Shown here: positions 25,753 to 39,182 of the stretch, one piece after another
How the letters are laid out: each line of letters opens with the position of its first letter
Position numbering within the stretch: position 1 is the first letter of the stretch
From: Octopus sinensis
Taxonomy: Eukaryota
DNA: 64,000 nucleotides
Direction: 5' to 3'
Assembly (NCBI RefSeq): GCF_006345805.1
Contig: NC_043018.1
Location: 10,912,001-10,976,000 of the forward strand
Notes under the pieces: generated by a model
The model's input: the letters and a program-made list of their open reading frames with translations, nothing else
Told to the model about the DNA's origin: nothing
Databases searched by the model: none
Translations under genes and position numbers: made by a program

Positions 25753-25798
25753 GTGGTACTGATGAAGGAGCAAGAACTCCTGAAATGTGCATATACAC
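25753..25798 (+). ncRNA. Near-intact minimal type I hammerhead ribozyme
   Basis: GTGGTA-CTGATGA-AGGAG/CAAGAA/CTCCT-GAAA-TG/TG/CA-TA-TACAC. Confidence 0.65.
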
Positions 25799-25934
25799 CA
25801 ATTACCTTATTTTTCTATCTTCAGTCACAGTGTTTACATAGACGTATTCATATATGAAACATCGTAACTTTCAGGACTGGCTCTAATTTCTAGAGAAAAT
25901 CTGTAAGGATAACTTTAAAAAGTGACTTTTATAC

Positions 25935-26131
25935 ATGAGAGGATGCTCAAAAGTTCCTGTCTTTTGGTAAAAGAAAATACAGGGGAATCAGTTAATTATG
26001 ATTTTATTCAATATATCCTCCTCTCAGATTCATGCATTTATTGCAACAGTCCTTCAGTTTTTCTAAACCCTGTAAAAGCCAGGCCTTTCGCGATATCCTT
26101 GAAGCCAGGAACTTTTCAGTAGCCCCTCGTA
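25935..26131. mobile_element. Mariner-type MITE
   Basis: Degenerate TIRs GAGGATGCTCAAAAGTTCCTG / CAGGAACTTTTCAGTAGCCCCTCGTA. Confidence 0.55.
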
Positions 26132-26802
26132 TGCACTCAGCTCTGAATGCACTGCTTCTTGTAGAAACACCTGTTCTTTGCCATTCTCTAATGGACTAAC
26201 ATAAAAGCTACACTCTGTGTTTTTAAGCTAGCTCCTGCCGATGGCCAATTGGGTCTGCAGCCCCAAACTATAGAGCGCTAAATAGCATGACTTTAATACA
26301 TCTGCAATGACTATATGCCCTGGTGATGTTTGATCAGAGGTTAAGGACGGATGAGAAATAATTCTGTAATGCAAACATTCTATTGTTCTAAGATGAATTC
26401 CAACTGTTGCTTAATTTGTCCCAAAGTCCTTATCTCGATGTAAAATTAAGGAAGCGAATGTCATTCATCTCCCTATTAATTTCTAACGTCATCTGAATCA
26501 GCCAAGCTTTACTTGCTAGAAATAGCAACCCAAATGCTTTTAAATCAGATGCCAATGCTGGATGTTCAAGACCCAAATGAAGGGCAAATTTTCAATCCCG
26601 GATCACCCTGTTTCTAAAAAGGTTATAATATGTCAATGTAGAGCAAATGTAGAGAGAAATACAGGGGTCCCAGGCGGACAGACAGAATTTCGCTTTTATT
26701 AATAAAGATTTTATGCTCTCTTGACGCTTTTTAAAACTCTAATGTATAAGTATATTGAGTTTTGACAACTGGTTTTCAGGATCATTATGCCGAAGCGAAA
26801 TC

Positions 26803-26928
<126 letters not shown>

Positions 26929-27612
26929 AAATAATTGTTGTTGACAAAGATCCGGAGAGATTGTATTCACCGCAATAGACGTCATTGATTGGTTGAAATT
27001 GCCGAAATGCAAGAAATTAAACAACAAATAGCTTACAAACTACAGAATTTTCTCAAGAAAGCCACGAGAAAAAGATGTTATATAAACACATTCTACCAGT
27101 ATACAAAGTTTAAAAGTGTTTAGTTAACTAGAAATTGTGTTGATATGTGCCGTTCAAACCGAAAAGATCCAAGATGTTTTATAAACACATTCTACCAGTA
27201 TACGATCTGCCGGTCAAAGCGGAAAAGATCCCATGATCGTAAAAGAGAAAGCTTACATTATGAAAGATATATTTAGTTTTATAATCCGACCTAAATAACA
27301 TTATAGTCGAGGAAAATGTGTTTTTTTTAATTTAAATAAAAAAAGAAAAAGACGGAAACAAAAAAAAAAACCTAGCAGTTACAGAGAGAAAAACTTTCAG
27401 ACGCACTTTAAACGACTCTCAATGCCTGCACGTATTTAGACTGTGATAAAGTTTAAAAAGATATCAGCTATTCTTGTTTTAAAACTTCCTTGTTGTCCTT
27501 AGCGATGTTCGTTGGTATTTCTTCCTTGTTTGAGTAATAAAATATCGTCAGACATGAACTGAAGAACGCTGTGATGACGTCTAAAACAGTGACCTCAGTG
27601 AGAAATGAGTGG

Positions 27613-27654
<42 letters not shown>

Positions 27655-28559
27655 TTGTTTCAGTCATTTGACTGCGGCCATGCTGGAGCACCGCCTTTAA
27701 TCGAGCAACTCGACCCCGGGACTTATTCTTTTGTAAGCCCAGTACTTAGGATCTTATTCTATCGTTCTCTTTTGCCGAACCGCTTAGTGACGAGGACATA
27801 AACACACCAACATCGGTTGTCAAGCAATGCTAGGGGGACAAACACAAACATACACGCGCACACACATATACATATATACGACAGGCTTCTTTCAGTTTCC
27901 GTCTACCAAATCCACTCACAAGGCTTTGGTCGGCCCGAGGCTATAGCAGAAGACACTTGCCCAAGATGCCACGCAGTGGGACTGAATCCGGAACCATGTG
28001 GTTGGGAAGCAAGCTACTTACCACGCAGCCACTCCTGCATATATAATGTGTGAGTTATCGATTCGATCGTCAATCCTTGTTCTTGTTTGATGCAAGGATC
28101 AAACTTGAAAGAGATGGAAGGATTTGAACTCAGAATGCAGAAAACTATAAGTGATTATTACCATTAAGGCCGAAGACTACGCCTGTTCAACAGATACAAC
28201 GATTTTAGAAGCGTGGGTGTAAAGGTAAGCGGAAGGCTTAATCGATTTCTTTGAACCTGAAAAGATTAATGACTAAATTGATCTGGAACAAACACCGCAA
28301 GGTACTTTTGTCTGTTTCTAACATGCAAATGTCAACCAGCCATGATTGTGACAAAAGACTACCAAACCGTAAACCAAAAAGTATGCTCGGGTGGTAAGCG
28401 ACACCAGTTACTCACTCACTTTTTTTTCGTTTTTAGTGAAAACATCAAACATGGCGTCACTTTGTAATCACGGTGTCTTGGGTTCAATCCCACTGCAATT
28501 AATGTTTTTTTTTAATTATAAAACTCTTATCTTAGAGAACTTGGTAGAGGAAACTGTGG

Positions 28560-28925
28560 AAATCGATTAAAGGGGAGGGAGGTATTGATGTTTCTGGGCA
28601 AAGCAATCTCAAACAGTCTTGCTGGGGACAGGCAAACCAGCACCTAACGAAAACCCAGATGAAGAGGGAGGAAACGGGGTAGGCTGCGACACACCCTACA
28701 GAAACCCCGTTTCCAACAGTACAAAATAAGCCCTCCAATGGACAACCTCAAGGGAGACATGTTAGCATGACAGACCAAAAACAAGGAGAAAGTCCCCAGA
28801 AACTGAAACCCTAGCAAGCAGTTACACTTGGGGACAACTGCAATCTAGTACCAAAGATTGAGACTGAATGTGGTCTCTTGTTGGCACCCTATGCTCCATA
28901 TGGCATTAAAGGATTAAGAAGAAAA
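28560..28925 (+). mobile_element. Degenerate RTE LINE 3' end
   Basis: HTLQKP..ALQW motif and W.SLVGTLCS-like terminus. Confidence 0.5.
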
Positions 28926-29683
28926 TTCCACCCTGGATCGGTTTAACACAACCCCACCCCACCAATACTTGGATGCCTTTGGTAGAGTCTACTTTGCGCT
29001 GGGATCTCCTGACTGCGGATAAAGCTTTCTCTCGCTTCTTCCTTCAACCAATGTTGGAAGCCCCGTGTCAATGGATGTTCCTTTAACTAAGCCATGAAGT
29101 CAAAGGTGTTAATATTTCCAGAGAAAAGCACGCCGGGAAAAATACTTAGCGGCATTTTGCCAGCTCTTACGTTCTGAGTTCAAATTCCGCCGAGGCCGAC
29201 TTTGCCTTTCATCCATTCGGGGTCGTTAAAATAAGTATCAGCTGAGCATTGGGGTCGATATAATGAACTGGCCCCAACTTTCTTGAAATTGCTGGCCTTG
29301 TGTCTATTGTAGAAAGGAATATTCCCAGAGAAAAAGAGAGGGAGCTGGCAGAATCGTTAGCACGCCGGATAAAATGATTCGTGGCATTTCGTCTGTCTTC
29401 ACGTCCTGAGTTCAAATTCCACCAAGGTCGACTTTACCTTTCATTATTTCAGGGTCGATAAAATTGCTAATGAACCACCTATTTAATTTGTCATATATTT
29501 AAATAATGTCAACAGCAGGTTACAATGTTTCACCAAAAAGGAGATTTATAATTGTCACTAAATGTGACTACGGTGTTAGGAAACACCTACATTGCTAGAA
29601 ATAAGAGCTAAAATGGTCTAATGCTGTAGTCAATGCATACACTAACAGGAACCAAAATTGTCCGAAAAATGCCAACCGAGAAT

Positions 29684-29733
29684 CCTTAAGACTGACGTTA
29701 GTTTCGTCAATCTCCGTTGCAATCATCAGTTAA
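29684..29733 (-). ncRNA. Hammerhead motif with degenerate stem II
   Basis: CTTAA-CTGATGA-TTGCAACGGAGATTGAC-GAAACTAACGTCAGTC-TTAAG; a related degenerate copy is on + at 29934-29975. Confidence 0.5.
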
Positions 29734-30106
29734 GCCAGTTCGGTGTTCGGCTATTTTCTGACCAGTTTCTTTATTAATGACTGATTTAGCGATTCGCTAA
29801 TGTGTATACACAAAATTAATGCAAACAGCAGGTTGCAATGTTTCACGGAAAAGGAGAATTAGAATTGTTACTAAATGTGACTTGGGTGTTAAAAAATACC
29901 GACATTGCTAGAAATAAGAGCTGCTGTTTACAGCTGATGATGGCAAAGGAAATTACCGAAACTGACATCGGCATTTTCCGGACAATTATAGTCCCTGTAA
30001 GTGTATGTTTTCATTCATGTGCGTTAACAAAAGCATTCGTGCATTTTACCTCTTATTTCTAGCAATGTAGGAATTTTTTAACATTCTAGTCAAATTTAGT
30101 GATATA

Positions 30107-30527
30107 TCTATATATATATAAAACTCAACTTGTGTGTCTGTGTGTGTATCTGTGTGTGTGTCTGTGTGTTTAACTTCCCGGCACATCTCCTCCTAGCCAA
30201 CAAATCGTAGAACCACCAAAAATGGGTCACTTAAAGTTTAGGCGAATGAAAATTGAACTGCGCTATTTCTGTTCCGAAATTCATCTCGCAAGTGCAAAAA
30301 TCGATAATGTGTTTGTTTAGGCCTTATCCCATGCATTGAATAGTGAACTTTACTGAACTTTACTCAGTCAGCTGTTTGACGTGAACTGTGTTCACCATGC
30401 GTGCAAGCATGCGTAAATTGCATGAAAAATAAAAAATCAAGATATAAAAACGAATCGCCGTAAACATTGTAGAAATTCGGCAAAGAAATAAATTTTCGGG
30501 ATGTAGCCTTGAGGGTTTTTTCGTATT

Positions 30528-30601
<74 letters not shown>

Positions 30602-30627
30602 TATATATATATATATATGTATGTATG

Positions 30628-30658
<31 letters not shown>

Positions 30659-30680
30659 ATATATATATATATTATATATA

Positions 30681-30725
<45 letters not shown>

Positions 30726-30736
30726 ATATATATATG

Positions 30737-30829
<93 letters not shown>

Positions 30830-31105
30830 ATATATATATACATATATACATATATATATATGAGAGTATGATAGAAGAAGGCTAACTCTTCCTTCCGTAG
30901 AAGAAAAAATTCAAATCGGACCGTGTTAACACCAAAAATTATTTACATAAAAAAGGTGCCTTTTTCCTATGAAAATCCCTATTTTTTACGATGTTTTGAC
31001 TGCTGTGTCACCATTTTTCGGTGTATTTCACTTAAAGAGAATAACAAGCTACAGACTGCCAAATTTTTACTTTTCAAAAATTCCAATTCTAGAGGGTCTA
31101 AACAA
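30107..31105 (+). mobile_element. Helitron-like element interrupted by a large (TA)n expansion and truncated by a SINE fragment
   Basis: TCTATATATATATAAAACTCAACTTG 5' end; 30862-31100 matches 2519-2750. Confidence 0.5.
30520..30860. repeat. About 340-bp (TA)n tract
   Basis: Direct inspection. Confidence 0.95.
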
Positions 31106-32669
31106 ACCGACTAGTTTCAAAGTAGTGCTCCAGCATGGCTGCAGTCTGACGACCGAAACGTTTTGAGTCCTATTTTTTGTTTGCGCCATCAAACCACAGT
31201 CGTCTTGGCAACATTTATAGCCCACCACGAGCAGATGAAGGTATTGGGCCCTATCAGAATTCGGCCCCTTAAACTTGTGGGGCTCTTGGGTAATGCGCCC
31301 TGTGACCCTCCCTAAAACGGTTCCGCACCAAACACATACACCTATTCCTTTAGTTGTTTCAGCTGTTTGACTGCGGCCATGATGGAGCACCGCCTTGAAG
31401 GGTTTGAGTCGAACAAATCAATTATTCTTTGTCAGCCTACTACTTATTCTGTCGGTCCCTTTTGCCGAACCGCTAGGTGACGGGGACGTAAACACACCAA
31501 CACTAGTTGTCAAGCGGTGATGGGTGGGGACACACACATACATGCATATACGCATACACATGCATACACACACATAAATACACACACACACACACACACA
31601 TATATAGGAGGGGCTTTTTTCAGTTTCCGTCTACGAAATCCTCTCACGAGGTATTGGTCGGCCCAAGGCTGTAGTAGACAGTTGCACAAGGTGCCATGCA
31701 GTGGGACTGAACCCGGAACCATGTGGTTGTATGTAATATAATGTTTCTGTAATTTCTCCCCAAGTTACAAGGATGTAACTTAGCGGTCCGATAATTAGAC
31801 CGATTGAATAAAAAGCAACACTTTATTAACAAAATAACTACTCGGGTTAATTTGTCCGAGTAAAAAAGTCCTCAAGGCGTTGCCCCAGCATGGCCACATC
31901 AGAAACTGAAGTCGTGCAGAGCTGAATGTAAACCAATGACATAACGTTGGTCGCTTTTCTATTTATAACTATGGTGTAACAAGACAGCCTCTGCATGGTC
32001 ACCGAGCATGCTAGAAATAGCAGCCAAATCTTACTCGACCCACAGCGGGCCGTCTGAGAAAACGAACATTCGCTAATTAGGTCAGTGTTTAACTATTACT
32101 GGGAAATAGCAAACAGTGGTCATAGTTGGAATGTCTTTGAGCATAGACAAATCTGCTCGTGAAAACTTGAACCGCTATTAAGTTTTCCGACGGAAGGGAG
32201 ATAAATCTTCTACTGAATGGTTGGAGTTACTTCCCTTGTGTAACAAAAATGCAAGCAAATGTAATTAGTAGACATTATTAGTCGTTAGTAGTTAACAGTT
32301 ACCTTTTGGGTTATTACATTTTTGATGGTGAGAGTGATAAGGGAGTGGCCGTAACGCGATGCTGATAAAGCTGTGCATCACATACGGCCATGCTGGAGCA
32401 TGGACGATTAAATCTTGCACCAACCAACAGCATTTATTAACAAAAGCAAAAGTATTTCACAATGGCTGGAAAATAACAACACACACACACACACACTTAT
32501 AAATACATGTTTGTATATGCATACACATAGGTATGAAAATAAATATATAGAAATGTACATACATATACAATGTGTGTGTGTGTATAGATATATGTGTGCA
32601 TACATGTATATAGATACACATATGCTTATATATGTGTATGTGCATGTATATATATATATATATATATAT

Positions 32670-33057
32670 AGGCGCAGGGGTGGCTGTGTGGTAAGTAGTT
32701 TGCTTACTAACCACATGGTTCCAGGTTCAGTCCCACTGCGTGCCACCTTGGGCAAGTGTCTTTTACTATAGCCTCAGGCCGACTAAAGCCTTGTGAGTGG
32801 ATTTGGTAGACGGAAACTGAAAGAAGCCAGTCATATATATGTATGTGTGTCTGTGTTTGTCCTTCTAGCATTGCTTGACAACTGATGCTGGTGTGTTTAC
32901 GTCCCCGTCACTTAGCGGTTTGGCAAAACAGACCGTTAGAATAAGTACTGGGCTTACAAAGAATAAGTCCCGGGGTCAAGTTGCTCGATTAAAGGCGGTG
33001 CTCCAGCATGGCCGCAGTCAAATGACTGAAACAAGTAAAAGAGTAAAGAGTAAAGAG
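32670..33057 (+). mobile_element. tRNA-derived SINE family A (OR1-like, name tentative), representative near-full copy
   Basis: Head GGCGCAGG..TGGCTGTGTGGTAAG..GGTTCAGTCCC with A/B-box-like motifs. Other copies at about 3268-3436(-), 6745-6895(+), 7195-7565(-), 11330-11490(-), 14735-15375(-), 27650-28040(-), 31360-31730(-), 37775-38140(-), 40560-40800(+), 44655-45030(+), 53430-53820(+), 57320-58010(-). Confidence 0.85.
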
Positions 33058-33409
33058 ATATCTATAAAATATAAAAACAAAACCTACAGGTAACAAACGT
33101 GTTGTAGTTTGCTATTTGGTTGCTGATTGCCTACAGGTGAAAGCTGGTAGTGAAAGTGTGCAGCAACTGGAGAAGGATGCATTTAGAAGGATGCAGCAAG
33201 TGTACAGAATGGAAGAGGGGGGGGGAGAAAGGAGGGAAAGATAGAAGCAACTATTGAAAGAGTTCCGACCATCTGTGGCAGTTTCTTAATGTTTGCCAAT
33301 CAACAGGTAAGAGAACAGGTGTGAAAACAGTTAATCCATAAATAACATGTTTAAAGAATGGCACTTTCTAGTAGTTAGTTACTGAAACTACCAACAACAA
33401 TAAGGTTGA

Positions 33410-33768
33410 CAGTAATATGATGATGATGATGATTATTGTTATTATTATTATAATTATTTTATTATTGTTTTTATTATTATTGTTATTATTATTGTTGTTG
33501 TTATTATTATTATTGTTGTTATTATTATCTTTTTTTTCTTCTTCTTTCAAATTTGCTTCCATTTCTTGCCGAGTGTCTTCCCGACTCCTAGGGCAAAGAA
33601 ACTCATAGTATACATTGGTAGGCCATTAAACTAAACTCACTAGTTCGTTCATTTTTTTTTTTAAAGTTAAATATTATTATTGTTATTATTATTAATATCA
33701 TCATCATTATTATTATTGTTATTATTATTAATGCTAATATTATTATTGTTATTATTACTATTATGATT

Positions 33769-33804
<36 letters not shown>

Positions 33805-33845
33805 GCTGTTGTTGTTGTTGTTGTTATTATTATTATTATTATTCA
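33410..33845. repeat. Two (TAA/CAA)n compound microsatellite blocks
   Basis: Direct inspection. Confidence 0.9.
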
Positions 33846-34190
33846 GTAGTTTTATTTTTATAGCGTGCTTTGATTTCACTACCGAGCGCAGCTCTGTGTG
33901 CCTTGGGTATGTGCTGTGATTTGTTGTGATGCTCTGATGGTTATTGTATGGAAAGTGTTCTGCGTAGGATGTGTGCAGTGCCTAGTAGTGCAATTTTCTG
34001 TATGTTATATGTGTTTGTAAGTCCTGGTGTTTTTGTTATGTATTTGTCTGAATATTTTTTTATCAAACGTTTTATCATACCTAATGCACCTATCATGATA
34101 GGAATTGTTTCTGATTTTAGATTCTACATTCGAGTTACCTCTATTTCCAGGTCTTTGTATTTTGAAGGTTTCTCCATTTCTCTCGCGACC
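33845..34190 (-). mobile_element. R4/Dong-like LINE 3' end (restriction-like endonuclease C-terminus)
   Basis: KYKDLEIEVTRMWNLKSETIPIMIGALG..IALLGTAHILR on - strand, running into (TAA)n. Confidence 0.7.
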
Positions 34191-34499
34191 ATGCTGCTTG
34201 GCTCCAATGGTTTGGGGTCTGAGCAAGTGCTCGTTTTTATCTCTTCCCTGTTTTCTTTCTTCCATCCACGCTTGTTCTCTTTTGGTAGGCAACATCCTCT
34301 CCTCTCCTCTCCAACAGGTAGATGGATGAGGCTCTATCAGAATGGAGAGAGCTGCGTTTGTCAGTTCCGGTTACAGTGGAGGATAGACGGAAACAGTGAG
34401 TAAGGGATAATCTGTGTTCAGGTGCCACTTTTTGCTCTCTCCTTGATCAATCTGATCAATTTTCAAGGTGTGCCTACTTTCAGCTAGTGCAAAATTCTC

Positions 34500-35194
34500 G
34501 GAGGACTGGATTGATGCCCTGCCTGTGGCCAACTTTGAAGGTCTACTCAGTCTAGGATGAATTCCGCATCTCCATCACACTCAGAGCGGGAGCAGACATC
34601 TGAAGGGGATTGAGATGCCGCTGTTGTAGGCCCCACGACACCACAGGTCTTTTCGGTCTGCCTTGCTGCCTAAATGTTACACCGAGCTAAACGCAATCAT
34701 TAAGTGGGCCCTGGCCCAGATTAATATCCCCTCGGTTCTGGAGACGTTGGGGGTTATCCAGAAGTAAATGGAAAAAGACCAGATGGTCTTACCCTCTGTC
34801 CCTGGGTTAGAGGTAGGTGTTTCATTTGGGACGCCACAGTCTGCGACTCCTTTGATCCCTCCTACATCCTGGATGCTACAGTTAATCGGAATGTCACTGC
34901 ATCCATAGCCGAACTGAAGAAAACCCTGAAGTATCGGGGACCTTACAGTGAACTATCGCTTCCAACCTGCAGCGTTTGAGACATTTGGAGGGACTGGGCC
35001 ATTAACCGCGAAGTTCTTGTCAACATTGGCAGCTTGCCCCACCGAGGGGTCAGACGATGCTCGTGAGTGTGCTTGGCTTTCCCAACGCTTCGCCATCGCC
35101 CATGATAATGCTGCGAGCGAAATGGCTTGCTTCAGTATGTTCCGTTAAACCTTGAGATGTGCGACAAGTTGTTGCTGTGATAAGAAAAAAAAAT
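34500..35194 (+). mobile_element. CRE-like non-LTR retrotransposon 3' end, degenerate, with A-tail
   Basis: KRPDGLTLCPWVRGRCFIWDATV, K..KY, FQPAAFETFG motifs; A-run at 35186-35194. Confidence 0.75.
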
Positions 35195-35231
35195 TCCCCA
35201 CTAATGGTTTCAATACAGCTTTATCGGAGAG

Positions 35232-35640
35232 ACTAGTTTAAGGTGACCCGATCTACGCGCGGGTGAGGGTGTGGTTGTTACTTTCTGTTGCTTCCTTTCT
35301 GTTTCTTATCGCCACATTCTCCCTCTTTGTTTTTCTCTCCTTTCTCTCTCACTTTCCCACTCTCTTATTCTGCCTTTCTCTCGGACTCTCCCTCGCTTTC
35401 TCTTACTCTCTATCTATCTGTCTCCCATTTATAAAAAATTAGATTTCCGTGCTTAAATTACACATCCGCTCCACTTTACCATGTTGAAAATTAGATTGAA
35501 ATCGGGTAAAAGGTGTCCAATCATAAAATAACTTAGCGGTTCACCAAAGGTTGTCGATAAAATAACTTAGCAGTTTGCCAAACGTGATCGATAAAATAAC
35601 ATAGCGGTTTGCCAAACGTGATTGATAAACTAGAGAGAGG
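35232..35640 (-). mobile_element. Helitron-like 3' end with internal 34-bp x3 tandem repeat (35524-35628); 5' boundary uncertain
   Basis: - strand hairpin ACCCG..CGGGT followed by CTAGT at 35232-35236. Confidence 0.4.
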
Positions 35641-38199
35641 TACTGTGTGTATCTGTGAAAGTGTGTGTATGTTCGCCAATCAAATTACTGGAATATGAAT
35701 CCATATTAGAGAATGTTCTATAGTATTCCAGGAAATATGCGATTTTGTAGTTATATAAGCAAAACATGCTTGAACAAATCAGACAGTGGTACACTTTGGA
35801 AGCGGAACCCTTGCTTCGATAAGTTTTCTTTGACTGAAATTCAGAATCGAGTTAAAAGGAATGCTTCAACTAGGATAGACAAGTGTAGCTGTGATTCGAA
35901 ACTGAACTGCTCGGTAACCGGTCAGACATCACGACCAAACCACAATAGTTTCACGTGAACGGTCTATTTAGCAACTAATCAACGTCAGGCCATCGCATGA
36001 TTCAATTTTCTAGAAGCTTTTCTTGGTACCCTACAAAAGGGCCGCTTTGCAGAGTGTTGAGAGCAGCTGAATCATTTACACGTGTCACCTCTTCCCATGC
36101 AGAATGTTGAAGCAACTGAGCGATATGTGTCTCCATTCTTTCCACACCAGACGACCCCGGAAGATGGCTAAGACTAATGGCGCAGATAGATCACCAGGGA
36201 CCGCCGTCGCTCCGATGATGGTACAATTGTTTCCAGATATTTTGGGCATGGTGCACGTTGCCGCACCAATAGCATGCCGTAAACTCCAAGCAGTATATCT
36301 CTTCCATATAATTATTGCTGTTGTTAATAGTAAAAGACCAACGCAATTTATCTTTATGTGTGATAATAAATTCTAATAAATGTTTGTGGGTGTTGTGCAA
36401 TTACTGCTTCTCGGAGCTCAAGAAACATATTTTCATTCACCGACTCAACAATTTTAATATGTGACATGAACATTATTTTCATCTGTCACGCGAAGCTAAT
36501 CCTAGTAGCTTTCATCAACCGAATACACGTCGTTGATTGGTTGAAATTACCCAAATGCGACAACTTTAACACGAAATAACTTCTAAAATACGAAATTTTG
36601 TCCAAAACGTTCAGAGTAAACTTTGTTCTACGTGAGAAATTCTACCAGTATTCGAAGTTTCAAACTGTTTAGTTAAAAAAGAATTAATTAAAAGATCTGT
36701 GATTGAGATGGAATAGATCCCTTTTTAGTAATTTAATTACAACTACATTTGGTAAACTATTATGTAACTATGTCACTATTGTAATTTACTTCGATGAAAA
36801 TAAATGTTATTTTAGCAATATTCGTTGTTGATTTGTTATAGGACAATACGAAGCAGCTGAACTTAACACCAAGCAACAAATAGCCGTACAATCTGTGGGA
36901 CACTACTTTATTTCATCGACCTTGAAAGGAGGACGGGTAAAGTTGATCCCAGTAGGATTGGAACACAGAACATCAGGAACCAGAAGAAATGCATGGTTCC
37001 GGGTTCAGTTTCACTGCATGGCACCTTGGGCAAGTGTCTTCAGCTTTATCCTTCGGGCCGACCATTGACTTGTGAGCGGATTTGGCAGAAGGAAACTAAT
37101 TGAAGCCCATTGCGTATGTGTGTGTGTGTCTTTGTGCCTGTGTTTGTCCCCCACTACTGCTTGACAACTGGTGTTGGTTTGCTTTCGTGTAACTTAGCGG
37201 TTCGGTAAAAGAAATCGATGGAATATGTATAACGCTTAAAATTCTTCATAACACACACACACAGATATATACGACGGACTTCTTTCAGTTTCTGTCTACG
37301 AAATCCACTCATAAGGCTATGGTCGGCTTGACGCTATAGTAGAAGACTACCGTTGAATTGGTCATTACTCATTTTACCCCATTTTAGACATCAGTTTTTG
37401 AAACTTGAGAATTATCAAATTAGTCATTGCCGTGGGAAAAAAATTAACTTGGATTCCATCAGAGAAATTTATTGATTGTCCAACACCAAAAATTATCCAG
37501 ATATTTTATTAGCAACGTCAATTACAATTTTGAGGGAAAATTTCTCGAAAACAGAGGACCTGCCACCTGACTCCTTTGGACTCCTTCAACTTCAGCATCA
37601 ACAACAATGCAGACCAATTAAAAAATTTTTTAATTATAATTCTGATAATAATATAGCAATACAAAATGACGATGCAATACCTGCAAAGTGACAATTTCAA
37701 ACAGGTAGAGAAAAAATAACGGGAAATCAGAAGTTACTCATTTTGCCCCGCTTACCGTACAATTCTTATTATTTTTACTCTTTTACTTGTTTCAGTCATT
37801 TGATTGCGGCCATGCTGGAGCACCGCTTTAGTCGAGCAAATCGACCCCGGAACTTATTCTTTGTAAGCCAGGTACTTATTCTATCGGTCTCTTTTGCCGA
37901 ACCGCTAAGTGACGGGGACGTAAACACACCAGCATCGGTTGTCAAGCAATGCTAGGGGGACAAACACAGACACACAAACGCACACACATACATACATATA
38001 TACGACAGGCTTCTTTCAGTTTCCGTCTACCAAATCCACTCACAAGGCTTCGGTCGGCCCGGGGCTATAGCAGGGACCGAACCCGGAATCATGTGGTTGG
38101 TTAGCAAACTACTTACCACACAGCCACTCCTGCGCCTATTTGAATATGAAAATGTAATATGATTTTTTAATACATCGAATGGCTTGTAGGGTCCATTCG

Positions 38200-38633
38200 T
38201 GATCTTTTCGGTTTGACCGGCAGTTTTTTCTAGCGGTGTCATATGAAATTGACACACATAATTATGACCCTAGTATCGATCTATTGCATTTCAATCTAGT
38301 TTAGAGTTAGGGTTGGTTAGGGTTAGGTTTAGGGGTGGGGGAAGGGAATCTTTTTTTCTTCCGAAATGTAAATAAACCCAATCTGTTTCTTAAACGAGGG
38401 ACATATTCATACGGCACAGAATGTCTTTTTACCTCAATAGACGTCAGTGATTGGTTGAAATTGCAGAAATTGAAGAAAAAAAACAACAAATATCTTAGAA
38501 ACTATAGAATTTTCTCAATAAAGCCAAGAGAAAAAGATGTTTTATAAACACGTTCTACCAGTATACGAAGTTTGAAATTTTTTAGTTACCTAGAAATTAT
38601 TTTTAAAAACTGCCGGTCAAACCGAAAAGATCA
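38200..38633. mobile_element. TTAGGG-bearing MITE family member (same structure as 12327)
   Basis: GATCTTTTCGGTTTGACCGGCAG ... CTGCCGGTCAAACCGAAAAGATC; additional right-arm fragments at about 26940-27230 and 36520-36720. Confidence 0.8.
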
Positions 38634-39182
38634 GTTTATTCGAGTAAAATGCACCTGAGCACTGTACACAATTATTATTATTATTATTTTATTATTATTA
38701 TTATTTTAAAATAGGAATCCATATATAAAAAAAACCAAACAAACAAAAAACGGTTGTGGTGGAATCCTGGTTTTTCCTTCCAACTGTAGCAGATGTCTTT
38801 AACCGAATTACCTCCCCTTACAACTACTTTCAATCCGGGCAATTCTAAAACATGTCTGCGCCCATGGTTTGACTTTCTGCCTCGTGTTTTGCTGATAATT
38901 AACGAATTAATTTAATTAAAATACATCTTTATATGATTGTTTAGAGTTCCAGCATAAATAAAGACAAAGAACAGAGATGGTCGAAAGCCAGGTTAGAAAT
39001 AATTTTCCTTATTCCTCTCGATATCCATTTTTCTTCTTGGCCCTTCCCACGGCCCCAAAGACCCCCAAAGACCTTTTCTCTCTCCAATTCCCATAAATTT
39101 ACTTAAACTTATTAATTTCACCGAATAATTCCCACTGATACATACCAGCACCTGTTTCCTTAGTCTTTCTCTTTTTACATAT

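Noticed and set aside
35524-35628. 34-bp x3 direct repeat
   Set aside because: Contiguous tandem units resembling a SINE segment inside a Helitron-like element, with no spacers and no evidence of function.
35713-35958. 81-aa ORF and an opposite-strand YHCLIC motif suggesting a zinc finger
   Set aside because: No downstream His pair and no recognisable homology.
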